Virus genome (UHGV): UHGV-1363143
Source of the DNA: a virus
DNA length: 64,000 nt
Reading direction: 5' to 3' (one strand)
Notes under the pieces: generated by a model
The model's database searches: none
What the model was told of the DNA's origin: nothing
The model's input: only the letters and a program-made list of their open reading frames with translations
Program-made: the position numbers and the translations under genes
Shown: positions 8,421 through 18,215 of the stretch, piece after piece
How the letters are laid out: every line of letters begins with the position of its first letter
How positions within the stretch are numbered: the first letter of the stretch is position 1

Positions 8421-10079
8421 CTAACCTCTTTTTAAATCATCTATTGAAAGAATTCTTGATATTTCTTTATTATTGTTAATATTACAACCATATTCATTGA
8501 TTAATTGATTACTAAATCTAGCTCTACTTTTTGCATATTCATTTAGTGCTGCAATTTTTTCTCTAGATGATTTGGCTACAGGAATAACTTCAACACAAGC
8601 TTTTTGAATATCTTCTTGTGTAATTTCTTTATTGCCATCTTTTCTGTATCTAGAAAAAGCTTTCTTTAATGTATTCTTAACAGCTTCTTTGATTTCTGCT
8701 CCAGTAAAATCATTTGTTATGTCAGCAGCATAAGTTAATAAAGAATCGTCTAAACTTTTTCCTAACTTATTAAAATGTATATTAAATATATCTTTTCTTT
8801 CATCCTTTTCAGGTAATCCAAAATACCATATAGCATCTAATCTACCAGCTCTAGTAAGTTCAGGTGGTAATTGTGACACATCATTTGATGTCATAACCAC
8901 AAATACTCCATGATCTTCTGCTAAGAATTCTAATATAGCTCCTATTGATCTTGCCATAGTACCTGCATCACTTGAACCACTTGATTGCATACCTGATAAA
9001 GTTTTTTCTACTTCGTCAATCAATAATACACATGGAGCTGTAGCCTTTATCATTCTAATAGCTTGAGCCATATTTTTTTCTGAACTACCCACTTTTGAAT
9101 CTAAAATTTTTGACATATCTAATTTTAAAAATGGAAGGCTCATTGATGTAGCTAAAGCTTCAGCTAATAAAGTTTTTGCAGATCCTGGTACACCTAATGC
9201 TAAATATCCTTTTGGTTTTACACACCCAAATTCCATTGCCTCTGGTGTCATAGCATCCATTACTTCATCAATCCAAGATTTAAAACCAGCATTTCCTCCA
9301 ATTTCATCAAGACTTGAATTTGGGATTTTATAATCTAGCACATTTGATTTTTTTACCAGCTCTATCTTATAATTGCTAATTTCATCTACAGAGATTGTTT
9401 TATTTTTAACCAATGATATTCTAAAACTACACGCTATTTCTTCCAATGTCAATCCTTTACAGGAATTTATTATCAATTCTTTATCCTCTTCACTGACTGG
9501 AATGAAGCCTGGTGTTCGTTGACCTGCCATTAAAGCTGCATTAAGAATGTTCCTAATTAAATTTTCGTCAGGTGTATTATAATCAACTACTGAGAAGATT
9601 TTTTCATGTTCTATTGGTATCTCTGTTACTGGAGAAATTATAATAATTGTATTATAGTTTAGGTACTTTCCTTCAACTATATCTCTAAGCATTCTTTTTA
9701 TATTTGGATTATCTATCATAAGATGAAAGTCTTTTAATATGAAGATATTATTTTTATCTTCAATTACAGTTTGTCCATCCTCTTTCATCATTTCAATAGT
9801 TTCATCATCCATTTCTATACCTCTAGTAATGTCGTATATAGTTTTTAATAATTTATCGACACCAATAGAAGGATCTAGTTTATTTTCTCTATTTGAAGTT
9901 AATTCTACCTTCTTTATACCAGTAGCAAATGAATGAACATATATTGGCATAGGTATTCTTAAAGCTGTAGAAACTTCTTTTATGTCATTAATAACTGCTT
10001 CTTCTTCATATGTATTTATCCAAATACATTTTGCCTTAGCGTTTATTAAATTTAAAACTTCGTTCATACACTCTCTCAT
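8421..10079 (-). CDS. AAA+ family ATPase with large N-terminal domain
   Basis: Walker A GVPGSAKT, Walker B LLIDEVEK, sensor region MTSNDVSQLPPELTRAGRLD. Confidence 0.7.
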   Translation of the reverse strand: MRECMNEVLNLINAKAKCIWINTYEEEAVINDIKEVSTALRIPMPIYVHSFATGIKKVELTSNRENKLDPSIGVDKLLKTIYDITRGIEMDDETIEMMKEDGQTVIEDKNNIFILKDFHLMIDNPNIKRMLRDIVEGKYLNYNTIIIISPVTEIPIEHEKIFSVVDYNTPDENLIRNILNAALMAGQRTPGFIPVSEEDKELIINSCKGLTLEEIACSFRISLVKNKTISVDEISNYKIELVKKSNVLDYKIPNSSLDEIGGNAGFKSWIDEVMDAMTPEAMEFGCVKPKGYLALGVPGSAKTLLAEALATSMSLPFLKLDMSKILDSKVGSSEKNMAQAIRMIKATAPCVLLIDEVEKTLSGMQSSGSSDAGTMARSIGAILEFLAEDHGVFVVMTSNDVSQLPPELTRAGRLDAIWYFGLPEKDERKDIFNIHFNKLGKSLDDSLLTYAADITNDFTGAEIKEAVKNTLKKAFSRYRKDGNKEITQEDIQKACVEVIPVAKSSREKIAALNEYAKSRARFSNQLINEYGCNINNNKEISRILSIDDLKRG

Positions 10080-10106
10080 ATGTTTGTCTCCTTTCCTGTG
10101 TGTTAA

Positions 10107-10982
10107 CTAAAAATCAAAATCAGCAAATAAATTATTTACAATATCTTGATCTGCGTTATTGGTATTAAACATAGATTCTCTACTAGCAAGCAATTCTGCT
10201 CTTTCATCAAAATAGAAATCATAATCTAATATATTATTGTTTGTTTCTGCTATTATTGGTTCATCACAAGGAACAGAATAGCAATTAGTTACTTTAAGTT
10301 TATACTGTCTTATTATTCCTTCTGTATTACTTATGATATCAAAATCATTAATTACGAAATTATAATGACCAGTAAAAAATTCTATTTTTGATACATTTAT
10401 ATCTTTTAATGAGATATAAGATACTACATCATTTAAGTTAATTAGAAATTCATTATCATCACTTAATGAAGTTTCAAAGCTATTAATAATTGCTACAACT
10501 TCATTATTTGTATTTATGATTCTTCCAACAAAATCATATTTTTTATCTGCAAGAATCTCTCCAGTGAATGCGAAGAAATCTCTCATTAATTCGTCTATTG
10601 CCTTTCTTTTAACTTCTAATATTAATTCATGTTCTTCAAAAGAACGATTTTGGTATATAGTTTCACATAATGCATCTGTAAAATCCTGAATTTCTATCTT
10701 TGCTGCAGTAGCTTTATGATCATTAATTATTGCAGATACATTAACATTAATAGGATCTATATCTTTATTGAATTCACATACAAACGATATTTCTGTTTTA
10801 CCATTTTTGCATGTAGCTTTATTAATAGTATCTACTTTTATAGGAACTATAACTGCTTTAGACACTTCTTCTAGTAGCAAATAATCATATGTTCCATCAT
10901 CTTCACATACAAAACTAGCATAAACACCTTCTTTACCAGTCAAATCTACTTGTTGTATACTATTTCTTTCATATAAAGCCAT
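10107..10982 (-). CDS. hypothetical protein
   Basis: 291-aa ORF. Confidence 0.5.
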   Translation of the reverse strand: MALYERNSIQQVDLTGKEGVYASFVCEDDGTYDYLLLEEVSKAVIVPIKVDTINKATCKNGKTEISFVCEFNKDIDPINVNVSAIINDHKATAAKIEIQDFTDALCETIYQNRSFEEHELILEVKRKAIDELMRDFFAFTGEILADKKYDFVGRIINTNNEVVAIINSFETSLSDDNEFLINLNDVVSYISLKDINVSKIEFFTGHYNFVINDFDIISNTEGIIRQYKLKVTNCYSVPCDEPIIAETNNNILDYDFYFDERAELLASRESMFNTNNADQDIVNNLFADFDF

Positions 10983-10992
10983 ACTGTACCTC

Positions 10993-11673
10993 CTATCCTA
11001 TAAAATAAGTCTTACATTCTAAATCTTTTAAGATATATTGCAAGTCATTGCTATTAGTTAAGAACATGCTATCTATATCTCTCATGGCAAATCCATACTT
11101 CTTTTTTGTATTCCATATAATTTGATTTCCTGAGCCTACTGAACTTAATAATCCATCTTCTTTTTCTCCATCCCATAGTCTTTCATCTTGCTTATACTCC
11201 CCATCAACTATAATATCTACGATTTTAGCTAATCTTCCTAGCTTATCTCTGAATATACTTTCTGGAGTTAAAGCTGAATTAACTATAAGACCTTTACCTA
11301 TATACTTCTTTAGTTCTAAATGAGTATAAATCATAATGTGAAATCCATATTTTTTAAGTTCTTCACACAAAATTAGTAGATTATCTATTTGATCAGTTGG
11401 TTCACCTCCACCAATAGTTATATATTTATTAGGAGCAAATTCATTTATATGTTTAGCCATATCTATTGGATTGTGACTAATTTCTGCTTTTGAAACATCC
11501 CATGTACTGCTGTTAAAACAACCTTTACATGGATTACCTAGCATAGCCTTTTTACATCCTAATAAAAATATCTCTGTTCTATTATTATCATCTGGACTAG
11601 GGCCTGCAGTTTTTACACTCCATCTTACATCCCTCAATAATAATCCATTTAAATCATTGTTAGCCTTGTACAT
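10993..11673 (-). CDS. nrdG: anaerobic ribonucleoside-triphosphate reductase activating protein (NrdG-like radical SAM)
   Basis: GCKKAMLGNPCKGCFNSSTW resembles E. coli NrdG GCVHECPGCYNKSTW. IGGGEPT resembles LSGGDPL, and IIVDGEYKQD...GNQIIW resembles VLVDGKFVQD...SNQVV. Confidence 0.65.
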   Translation of the reverse strand: MYKANNDLNGLLLRDVRWSVKTAGPSPDDNNRTEIFLLGCKKAMLGNPCKGCFNSSTWDVSKAEISHNPIDMAKHINEFAPNKYITIGGGEPTDQIDNLLILCEELKKYGFHIMIYTHLELKKYIGKGLIVNSALTPESIFRDKLGRLAKIVDIIVDGEYKQDERLWDGEKEDGLLSSVGSGNQIIWNTKKKYGFAMRDIDSMFLTNSNDLQYILKDLECKTYFIG

Positions 11674-11686
11674 AGTTTGTTCCTCC

Positions 11687-11896
11687 TTATATTATTGAAT
11701 ATTTCACTATTTGATTTGTTACATCCGTTTCACATGCTGAACAAACATAGATAGTTTTTTTATTACCCTTAGTTAATTTAATTCCTGATGGTGTATTAGT
11801 TCTTCTTAAAGTAAACACATCATTCTCTTTGAATACTACACCTTTACATTTAGGGCATTGTATATATTCATTTTCATTAAGCATATTGATTGCCAT
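11687..11896 (-). CDS. zinc-ribbon small protein
   Basis: 69 aa with CPKC...CSAC pairs. Confidence 0.4.
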   Translation of the reverse strand: MAINMLNENEYIQCPKCKGVVFKENDVFTLRRTNTPSGIKLTKGNKKTIYVCSACETDVTNQIVKYSII

Positions 11897-11947
11897 TGAA
11901 ACTACCTCTTTTCTCTAAATCTTGATAGCAAAAATAGGGAGGAGCTA

Positions 11948-12703
11948 TTAAGCTCCTTGTGCTTGCTCTTGAGCAGAAACTAACCCTTTTAAGTAATTTA
12001 CAAACTCTGAAATGTTTTCAGGCATTAAATAGTTTGTTGTTGGTAAAGCACCATTTGAGAAAGTATTTATATAATTATCCATATCTGCTTCAACTAATCC
12101 ATATTTCTTTTTGAACTCATCTAAATAAGCAAAATCTTCTTTATGTTCATCTAATGCTTCTTCAGTCCATGGATCTTCATAATTCATTAAATTAAAGAAA
12201 TAAGCTTCATTTTCATCTCTGTATAATTCTAAGCCTATACCAAACATAGTAGCAGCTTTTTTAAGAGCATCAGTATTGGCACCTTTAAAGATATTTTCTT
12301 GCTCAGATTGTCCTCCAACTAAACATTGTGCTCCAGGAGCTGTTTTTGAAATTTGATAAAAGCGTCCAGAATCATCTTGTAGATGAACTGTTAATCTACC
12401 TATTACATGAGCAACTGGTTGTTGTGGTTCATATTCAGGTGAATCAAGATTTACTTTCTTTCCATTTACGTACTTTACTTTTATCATCTTAGGCTCACTT
12501 TGTTGGATAAATCTTTCGATTATATCCCATGACCATCCTGTATACCCAAAAGTAGCGTTTAATTTATCAATAACTGCTTGTCCACTTACATATGTTAAGC
12601 TAGTTTTTCCCGCAGGCTTTTGTTTGTGGATATACTCTGGTAATGGAGTTGCAAGAGCTACTTTTAATTCTTTAGGTGTGTTTATTACTTGTAATTCTGA
12701 CAT
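11948..12703 (-). CDS. Rad52/Sak-like single-strand annealing protein (candidate)
   Basis: TDALKKAATMFGIGLELY resembles the Rad52-family TDALKRAxxxFG motif. Confidence 0.5.
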   Translation of the reverse strand: MSELQVINTPKELKVALATPLPEYIHKQKPAGKTSLTYVSGQAVIDKLNATFGYTGWSWDIIERFIQQSEPKMIKVKYVNGKKVNLDSPEYEPQQPVAHVIGRLTVHLQDDSGRFYQISKTAPGAQCLVGGQSEQENIFKGANTDALKKAATMFGIGLELYRDENEAYFFNLMNYEDPWTEEALDEHKEDFAYLDEFKKKYGLVEADMDNYINTFSNGALPTTNYLMPENISEFVNYLKGLVSAQEQAQGA

Positions 12704-12715
12704 AAATTTGCCTCC

Positions 12716-13171
12716 TTAAGTTTCAATAATTAAATTTGGATTATACTCAGTCAATGTCAAGCTGTCTATATCATCGTTTTCGATGTTGATTTTAAACATT
12801 TTTATATCATTTTCTATCATGAATTTAGTCATAGTTGGCTCAAACTTATCTGATATAACACATACAAATGCTAAATTACCTGCTACATCAACATAGAAAT
12901 TTCTGAATTCTAGCTGCTTTTTTAATTCATAAACAAGATCTCTCATTTCTGAATTATATTTAACTTCGAAGAATACAGGGGCCACATGTTTAAATGGACT
13001 TGGTTTAAGTCCGTAGGCCTCCCTGTCTACTTCTAAGTTAGCAGCTATATCAACTCTAAAATTTCTAAAACTATATTCAGTTCGCCAAAAACGTAGTTGA
13101 GGGAAGTAATCTTCCCATGAATCAACTATTTTTTTTACTATGTCTTTTTCCTTTAATTTGGTTTTAGACAT
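12716..13171 (-). CDS. hypothetical protein
   Basis: 151-aa ORF. Confidence 0.45.
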   Translation of the reverse strand: MSKTKLKEKDIVKKIVDSWEDYFPQLRFWRTEYSFRNFRVDIAANLEVDREAYGLKPSPFKHVAPVFFEVKYNSEMRDLVYELKKQLEFRNFYVDVAGNLAFVCVISDKFEPTMTKFMIENDIKMFKINIENDDIDSLTLTEYNPNLIIET

Positions 13172-14277
13172 TAATTATTAGAATGACTTTTCTCCATTTT
13201 TATTGCTGAAGACATTGTAATAAGTACATCTGATTTATATTTAATAGTGTCCATAACACTCTTTAAGAAATAGAATCTATTTTTAGTTTCATCATAAACT
13301 TCATATAGATTTACATTTTCTCCTTCTGGAGTAACATAATTCATTACTGCAAGAACTCCAGCTTTCTTTCTAATAGTTTCATTAGCACCTTCTAGGCTAG
13401 CAAATTTAACTCTTTCAATTAAACCTTCAGTATCCTTATTTGATAAGCTTTCGAATAAAGACTTAGTATCTACAAAGTTAACCCATATTTTTTCTCTTAA
13501 AGCATTTAATTTGGCTATAGTTTTTTTCATAGCTCCTTCTTGCATGTCTGATTCAATAACTATCTTATCTGATTCTTCAATAACTTCTTTTCTGAAGTTT
13601 TCCCATTCTTCATCTACAAACTTACTTTTAATAGCTTGTATAGCTTCAGAATACTTTATACTAGTAGTTGGCATCTTAAATAAAGTTTCTATTGTTTCAG
13701 TAACTTCTGGAGTATCAACTACTTCTTTTGTAGTAGCTTCTTCTGCTTTCTTTCTAGTTGAAGTTTTTCTACTCTTTGTTTTAGTCTCTTTTTTAGTTTC
13801 AGCTTTAGCTTTAGTAGCCTTCTTTTCTTCAACTGCTTCTTTTTTAGTTTCAGCTTGAGCTGCAGTTGGTTCTTCAACTTTAGTTTCTTTTATATCCTTA
13901 ATCATTTCTTCAGTAGAAACTTCTTTAGCCTTTTCCTTAACTTCTTCCTTAGTGTCAGCTTTAGCTTCAACTGGTGCTGGAGTTGGAGAAGTCGCTGGCT
14001 TTACTGGTGCTGGTACTGCCCCTGGTTTTGGTACGGCCATTCCTGGTGCTTTAGGTACTCCTGGGAAACTTGGTTTACCTATAGGTGCAGCTGGTTTACT
14101 TGGTACTGCTCCTGGTGCTACAGCTATATTGAATGGTGCTGCTGGTGCAGGTGTTCCCTTAGGTGCAAATGGATTATTCGTGCTATTAGTCATCTTAGTT
14201 CCTCCTGATGTTGCGAATGGATTAACTCCTCCGCCGATTCCTGGTTTATTTGCTTTAACGTTATCTAAAAAACTCAT
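13171..14277 (-). CDS. hypothetical protein with Pro/Ala/Lys-rich low-complexity N-terminal half
   Basis: 368 aa with PAPAAP, VPKPGAVPAPVKP and K/E-rich linker segments ahead of a structured C-terminal domain. Confidence 0.5.
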   Translation of the reverse strand: MSFLDNVKANKPGIGGGVNPFATSGGTKMTNSTNNPFAPKGTPAPAAPFNIAVAPGAVPSKPAAPIGKPSFPGVPKAPGMAVPKPGAVPAPVKPATSPTPAPVEAKADTKEEVKEKAKEVSTEEMIKDIKETKVEEPTAAQAETKKEAVEEKKATKAKAETKKETKTKSRKTSTRKKAEEATTKEVVDTPEVTETIETLFKMPTTSIKYSEAIQAIKSKFVDEEWENFRKEVIEESDKIVIESDMQEGAMKKTIAKLNALREKIWVNFVDTKSLFESLSNKDTEGLIERVKFASLEGANETIRKKAGVLAVMNYVTPEGENVNLYEVYDETKNRFYFLKSVMDTIKYKSDVLITMSSAIKMEKSHSNN

Positions 14278-14335
14278 AATTCTTGTCTCCTTTATCTTAA
14301 TTTTTATATAATATTTCTTGTCTTAAATTTACTGT

Positions 14336-14950
14336 TTATATAATTATGTCAAGCATCTTACTAGCTGCTTCCTCGGCTGTTATGTTTGTAGTATCAATTA
14401 TTTCTACCTTAGCCTTTCTAGGCTTATAAATATGAATCATATTTAAATAGTTTAGATTGGCTCCTAATAGATCAACTTTTTCAGAATCTTTGTCCAATCT
14501 ATTCACTTCATTTCGAAGTTGCATTCTTCTCTTCTTTTCTTCTTCTGATACCGTAAAGAAGAAAATAATATTTGGCTCAACTCCATTTAAAGCCTCTTTA
14601 TTTAAATTGAAGACTTTTTTATGGCCAATACCTTTCATTACACCTTGGTAATATAGTGAAGAATATATAAATCTATCACATATAACTGTTTTACCTTGGT
14701 CTAATAAATCTTTAATTTTTTTAGTATGCTCTGCTCTACTTGAAGCAAAAAGATAAGCTTCAGTTAGTGGATCCATATTGTTTTTAAATATTAGCTCTCT
14801 AATATCTTCTGCCACAACATTATCTAGTCCACCTGGTTCTCTTGTGAAAACTACATTATCATCTGAACCATATAATTCTTTAAGCTTACTAAGTGCTAAA
14901 GTCTTACCAGCAAAGTCCATACCTTCGGCTATAATGAATTTCCCAGCCAT
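14336..14950 (-). CDS. tmk: thymidylate kinase
   Basis: IIAEGMDFAGKT P-loop and FTREPGG motif, as in Tmk. Confidence 0.8.
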   Translation of the reverse strand: MAGKFIIAEGMDFAGKTLALSKLKELYGSDDNVVFTREPGGLDNVVAEDIRELIFKNNMDPLTEAYLFASSRAEHTKKIKDLLDQGKTVICDRFIYSSLYYQGVMKGIGHKKVFNLNKEALNGVEPNIIFFFTVSEEEKKRRMQLRNEVNRLDKDSEKVDLLGANLNYLNMIHIYKPRKAKVEIIDTTNITAEEAASKMLDIII

Positions 14951-14986
14951 GCTATCTCACCTCTTCATATTTAAATTATGTTTAAA

Positions 14987-15012
14987 AATAAAAAAAAGCG
15001 AATTACTTCGCT
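14987..15012 (-). terminator. rho-independent terminator (AGCGAA-UUAC-UUCGCU then U8)
   Basis: Inverted repeat agcgaa/ttcgct with a 4-nt loop. The plus-strand A-run at 14987-14996 gives a U-run after the hairpin on the minus strand, downstream of ORF 15127..15507. Confidence 0.55.
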
Positions 15013-15126
15013 AAAAATTTGAATATTTTAAATGTAAACCTTTTCTTGTACTTTGTACCAAAGCAACTATTAGTGCATTTCGGTACATTTTTACATGTAT
15101 TACAATCTTGAATCATATCTATCACC

Positions 15127-15507
15127 TTACTGAAATATTGAAACCCCTTCATTAAATTCTTCTGCAATATCTCTGAAGAAGTCTTTAAATTCAATTTTTT
15201 CATTTGTTATTATTGTACAATCAGCTCCAAGGTAATTTAACTTTTCATGTCCTACTGATGATACAAAAGCTTTTTCTCCATCTTTGATATGCTTTTTAAT
15301 TAAATTATAGTAATCATTTTCCGAAAATTCTTCGTCACCATCTTCGTCTATTGTGCTAAATAATGGTCCATAAATAGCTACTGTCACTTTATTATTAGAA
15401 ATGTTAAAGAATTCAGTGCCATTAACTCTTTCTAATTCATCCTTAAATGAATCTATATCCTTAACTTCAAACCAATTTGATGTTGTATAACTATTATAAT
15501 CTGCCAT
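15127..15507 (-). CDS. hypothetical protein
   Basis: 126-aa ORF. Confidence 0.45.
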   Translation of the reverse strand: MADYNSYTTSNWFEVKDIDSFKDELERVNGTEFFNISNNKVTVAIYGPLFSTIDEDGDEEFSENDYYNLIKKHIKDGEKAFVSSVGHEKLNYLGADCTIITNEKIEFKDFFRDIAEEFNEGVSIFQ

Positions 15508-15521
15508 GTTAAATCTCTCCC

Positions 15522-15824
15522 TTAATCTAGATTTTCATTATTCTCTATTCTTAATCTCAACTCTTCTTTTAATAATCTATAAATCCTAAATTCTTCAGGC
15601 CATATGTAAGCTTCATATGCTTCCCTTTCAATTTTCTTTATAGTATTAATTAGATGAGTATAGTCAAATTCATTTGGAAAAAGCTTTCTTCCATTTTGTG
15701 AAACCCAATAACCTTTATTTTGGCGTATACTATACTCTATATCTCTTCCGTCTTTCATCCTTATTCTAGATCTCATATCAAAGCTATTTCTTAATGATTC
15801 ATAGTAGCTATTCTCTCTACTCAT
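15522..15824 (-). CDS. hypothetical protein
   Basis: 100-aa ORF. Confidence 0.45.
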   Translation of the reverse strand: MSRENSYYESLRNSFDMRSRIRMKDGRDIEYSIRQNKGYWVSQNGRKLFPNEFDYTHLINTIKKIEREAYEAYIWPEEFRIYRLLKEELRLRIENNENLD

Positions 15825-15833
15825 AGTTATCTC

Positions 15834-16571
15834 CTAAAAAGGTAACTGTATATTGCCTATCCCACAATTAGGATTTTTAGCTAAAGCAATATTAAAAGCA
15901 TTATATAAATCAGTTAAGAAATTATCTTTATACATATTTAAGATTTCTTCATCAAATTTCTCAGCCATTTGTCTAAAAAATCCTGGATGGAAAGTTGGGA
16001 TTACAGGATATCCTCTATATTCAAATCCTTGTCCCCTACTTTCTAATATAGATATCTTTGTTGTACTTAACGCATTTGATGAAACACTACCAAGAGTTAT
16101 GATAACCGCTGGATTAAGTGCGTCAATAACTTTATCTATATGAGCTTTACAAGTAGTACGTTCTTTTACACTAGGAATTCTTTTATTTATAGATCCTTTA
16201 ACTTCTCTAGCTGGATAACAATTAACACTATTCATCATATAAATAGCATTTCTATTTGCATTGATTACTCCAAGGGCCCTATTTAGAGTATCACCATCTG
16301 TATCCATTAGAGGTAATGTTACTGCATTTCTTTGAAGGTATTGTTCTTCAGAAACATCATCACTAATCATAAGAATAGATGAATTTATATCTCCATAAGT
16401 TATTGTTTTTACTCCGAAGTTACAAAGTTCACAATTATTACAAGATTTAATGTCGTTATTAATTTTTTCTAATGCATAGCCTTTAACTATGTTTTGTGTA
16501 TACTTTATAGGATCTTCAGGGTTAGTCATTTTAACTAAAGCCAAAATTTTATCTTCTACTGTAATATTCAT
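15834..16571 (-). CDS. family-4-like uracil-DNA glycosylase (UDG superfamily)
   Basis: N-terminal CNNCELC, LMISDDVSEEQ in the position of the GEAPG motif, and an IPTFHPGFF HP(S/A)-like motif near the C-terminus. Confidence 0.5.
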   Translation of the reverse strand: MNITVEDKILALVKMTNPEDPIKYTQNIVKGYALEKINNDIKSCNNCELCNFGVKTITYGDINSSILMISDDVSEEQYLQRNAVTLPLMDTDGDTLNRALGVINANRNAIYMMNSVNCYPAREVKGSINKRIPSVKERTTCKAHIDKVIDALNPAVIITLGSVSSNALSTTKISILESRGQGFEYRGYPVIPTFHPGFFRQMAEKFDEEILNMYKDNFLTDLYNAFNIALAKNPNCGIGNIQLPF

Positions 16572-17231
16572 CTATAGGCCTCCTTCAGCTAATTTAAATT
16601 CTAATTCTTTTATTTTTGCTTTTAATAATTCATTCTCCGCAAACAACTTAGCTGATTCTGCTTCTTTTAGCATTGCCTTTTTCTCTGCAATGTTTATCTT
16701 GTACTCTGCACCTTTTGCTACTCTTCTATCTTCAACCATTGTTTTAACCATTGACATTATAGTGTCAGATTCTACTACAATATAGTGGTCACGATCTTCA
16801 TCCTTAAATGCAAACTTTAAGTACCAAAATTCTTTATCAGCTTCTTTAGCTTCTTTGTTCAGTTTAATTAACCAACTTTTTTGAATAGTGAATGATTCCT
16901 TACCTGGTTGTCTACCTTCATTTTTCTTTTGGTGAGTTTTTAATTCTTCCATTATGTTAATAATTCCTCGAATTTCTTCATCACCTTTGATATTACCAGC
17001 TCCACTGTTAGGAGTCATTCTTGAGGATACATCACTAAGTAGGTCATGGTTATTTACATGATTCCTTGCTTCAAATAATGATCCTTGTCTTTTAGTAACC
17101 TTAGCCTTGGCCATAGTCTGTTTTTTCTTAAACTTCGGTTCATAATGATAGTCTGGTGCTGTACATAAATGGCACTTACTATCTTCATTCTTACAATCTG
17201 TTCTACCCCAATCGCAACTCATTTCTTGCAC
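16572..17231 (-). CDS. hypothetical protein (Cys-rich N-terminus, coiled-coil C-terminus)
   Basis: 219-aa ORF. Confidence 0.45.
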   Translation of the reverse strand: MQEMSCDWGRTDCKNEDSKCHLCTAPDYHYEPKFKKKQTMAKAKVTKRQGSLFEARNHVNNHDLLSDVSSRMTPNSGAGNIKGDEEIRGIINIMEELKTHQKKNEGRQPGKESFTIQKSWLIKLNKEAKEADKEFWYLKFAFKDEDRDHYIVVESDTIMSMVKTMVEDRRVAKGAEYKINIAEKKAMLKEAESAKLFAENELLKAKIKELEFKLAEGGL

Positions 17232-17856
17232 CTCCTATTAAATTTGGTTGTAGCTTATGTGACAATAATTTAAAATCATTTTTTCCATAAAACCCTACTC
17301 TTACTGTACAATACATTTGAAACATATTATTCCATCTTGGTACTGTTTCCTCATTTTTATATATTAAGTGATTAACAGCTATTAAAGTTGCTTCTTCACC
17401 ATACATAATTGTATTTAGATTTCTTAATAACTTTGGAACATTTTGATTTACTTTCATATCAAAACCATTCTTCTCATTCTCAGTTAATATTTCTGGAATA
17501 GAATCTATAATAAAAAGATCTACTACATTAATAGTACTTTTTACAAAATTGATAATCTCAGTTTCGTCATTAGTAACACAAAGTATTAGTTTTTCATCTT
17601 TTGTTAAGCCTCTTGCTTCTAAAAAACCTAATGATTTAGTAGAAGTAGCTATATAAGCTACAACTACTTCTTCATTTTTTAAATTTTCTATAATATCAAA
17701 TAAGAAGCTAGTTTTACCTATGTCTGGCTCACCAGTTATTTCTGTTATCTTTCCTATAGGTAATCCTCCTCCTATTAAATTGTCAAATGCATTTATATTT
17801 GTTTTTAAGCATTTAAAAGGTCTTTTATTAAGAGGCAATGGAAATCTTGTTAACAT
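17203..17856 (-). CDS. Sak4-like RecA-core ATPase (candidate annealase/recombination mediator)
   Basis: GGGLPIGKITEITGEPDIGKTSF Walker A in a roughly 215-aa RecA-fold-only protein. Confidence 0.5.
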   Translation of the reverse strand: MLTRFPLPLNKRPFKCLKTNINAFDNLIGGGLPIGKITEITGEPDIGKTSFLFDIIENLKNEEVVVAYIATSTKSLGFLEARGLTKDEKLILCVTNDETEIINFVKSTINVVDLFIIDSIPEILTENEKNGFDMKVNQNVPKLLRNLNTIMYGEEATLIAVNHLIYKNEETVPRWNNMFQMYCTVRVGFYGKNDFKLLSHKLQPNLIGGARNELRLG

Positions 17857-18181
17857 TTAATTCACCCACTTGTCTTATAAAATTGTATATAATTTTTTGC
17901 TCTGACTTAAATTGATTTGGTTTTAATGTATTTAAGTTTATTGATATAGCTTTAGTGTTTTCATTTATAACGTCTTGAAGATCAATTGAACTCAATACGT
18001 TATTCTTTAATTTAGTTTCTGCAGATTTGAATACAAAGAAGTATATTTCTTGGCCTATGGCAAAATCAATTAATACAATATCATTTAGGAATAAGTCTTT
18101 AGATGTGAAAGGTCTATCAAGCATAGCTATATTTTTAATATTATTTCTTTTAAGAATTAACGCTCTATCAAAAATATTCAT
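17828..18181 (-). CDS. hypothetical protein
   Basis: 117-aa ORF. Confidence 0.4.
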   Translation of the reverse strand: MNIFDRALILKRNNIKNIAMLDRPFTSKDLFLNDIVLIDFAIGQEIYFFVFKSAETKLKNNVLSSIDLQDVINENTKAISINLNTLKPNQFKSEQKIIYNFIRQVGELNVNKISIAS

Positions 18182-18215
18182 TAAGAGAAAAGGGAGATAT
18201 TACTCCCTAAACCTC

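Noticed and set aside
13511-14311. Three plus-strand ORFs (115-119 aa) inside the Pro/Ala/Lys-rich gene 13171..14277
   Set aside because: They are antisense and frameshifted readings of low-complexity repeats. Everything else in this region is on the minus strand.
15003-15203. 66-aa minus-strand ORF
   Set aside because: It overlaps both the 3' end of gene 15127..15507 and the terminator hairpin at 14987-15012, and it has no RBS.
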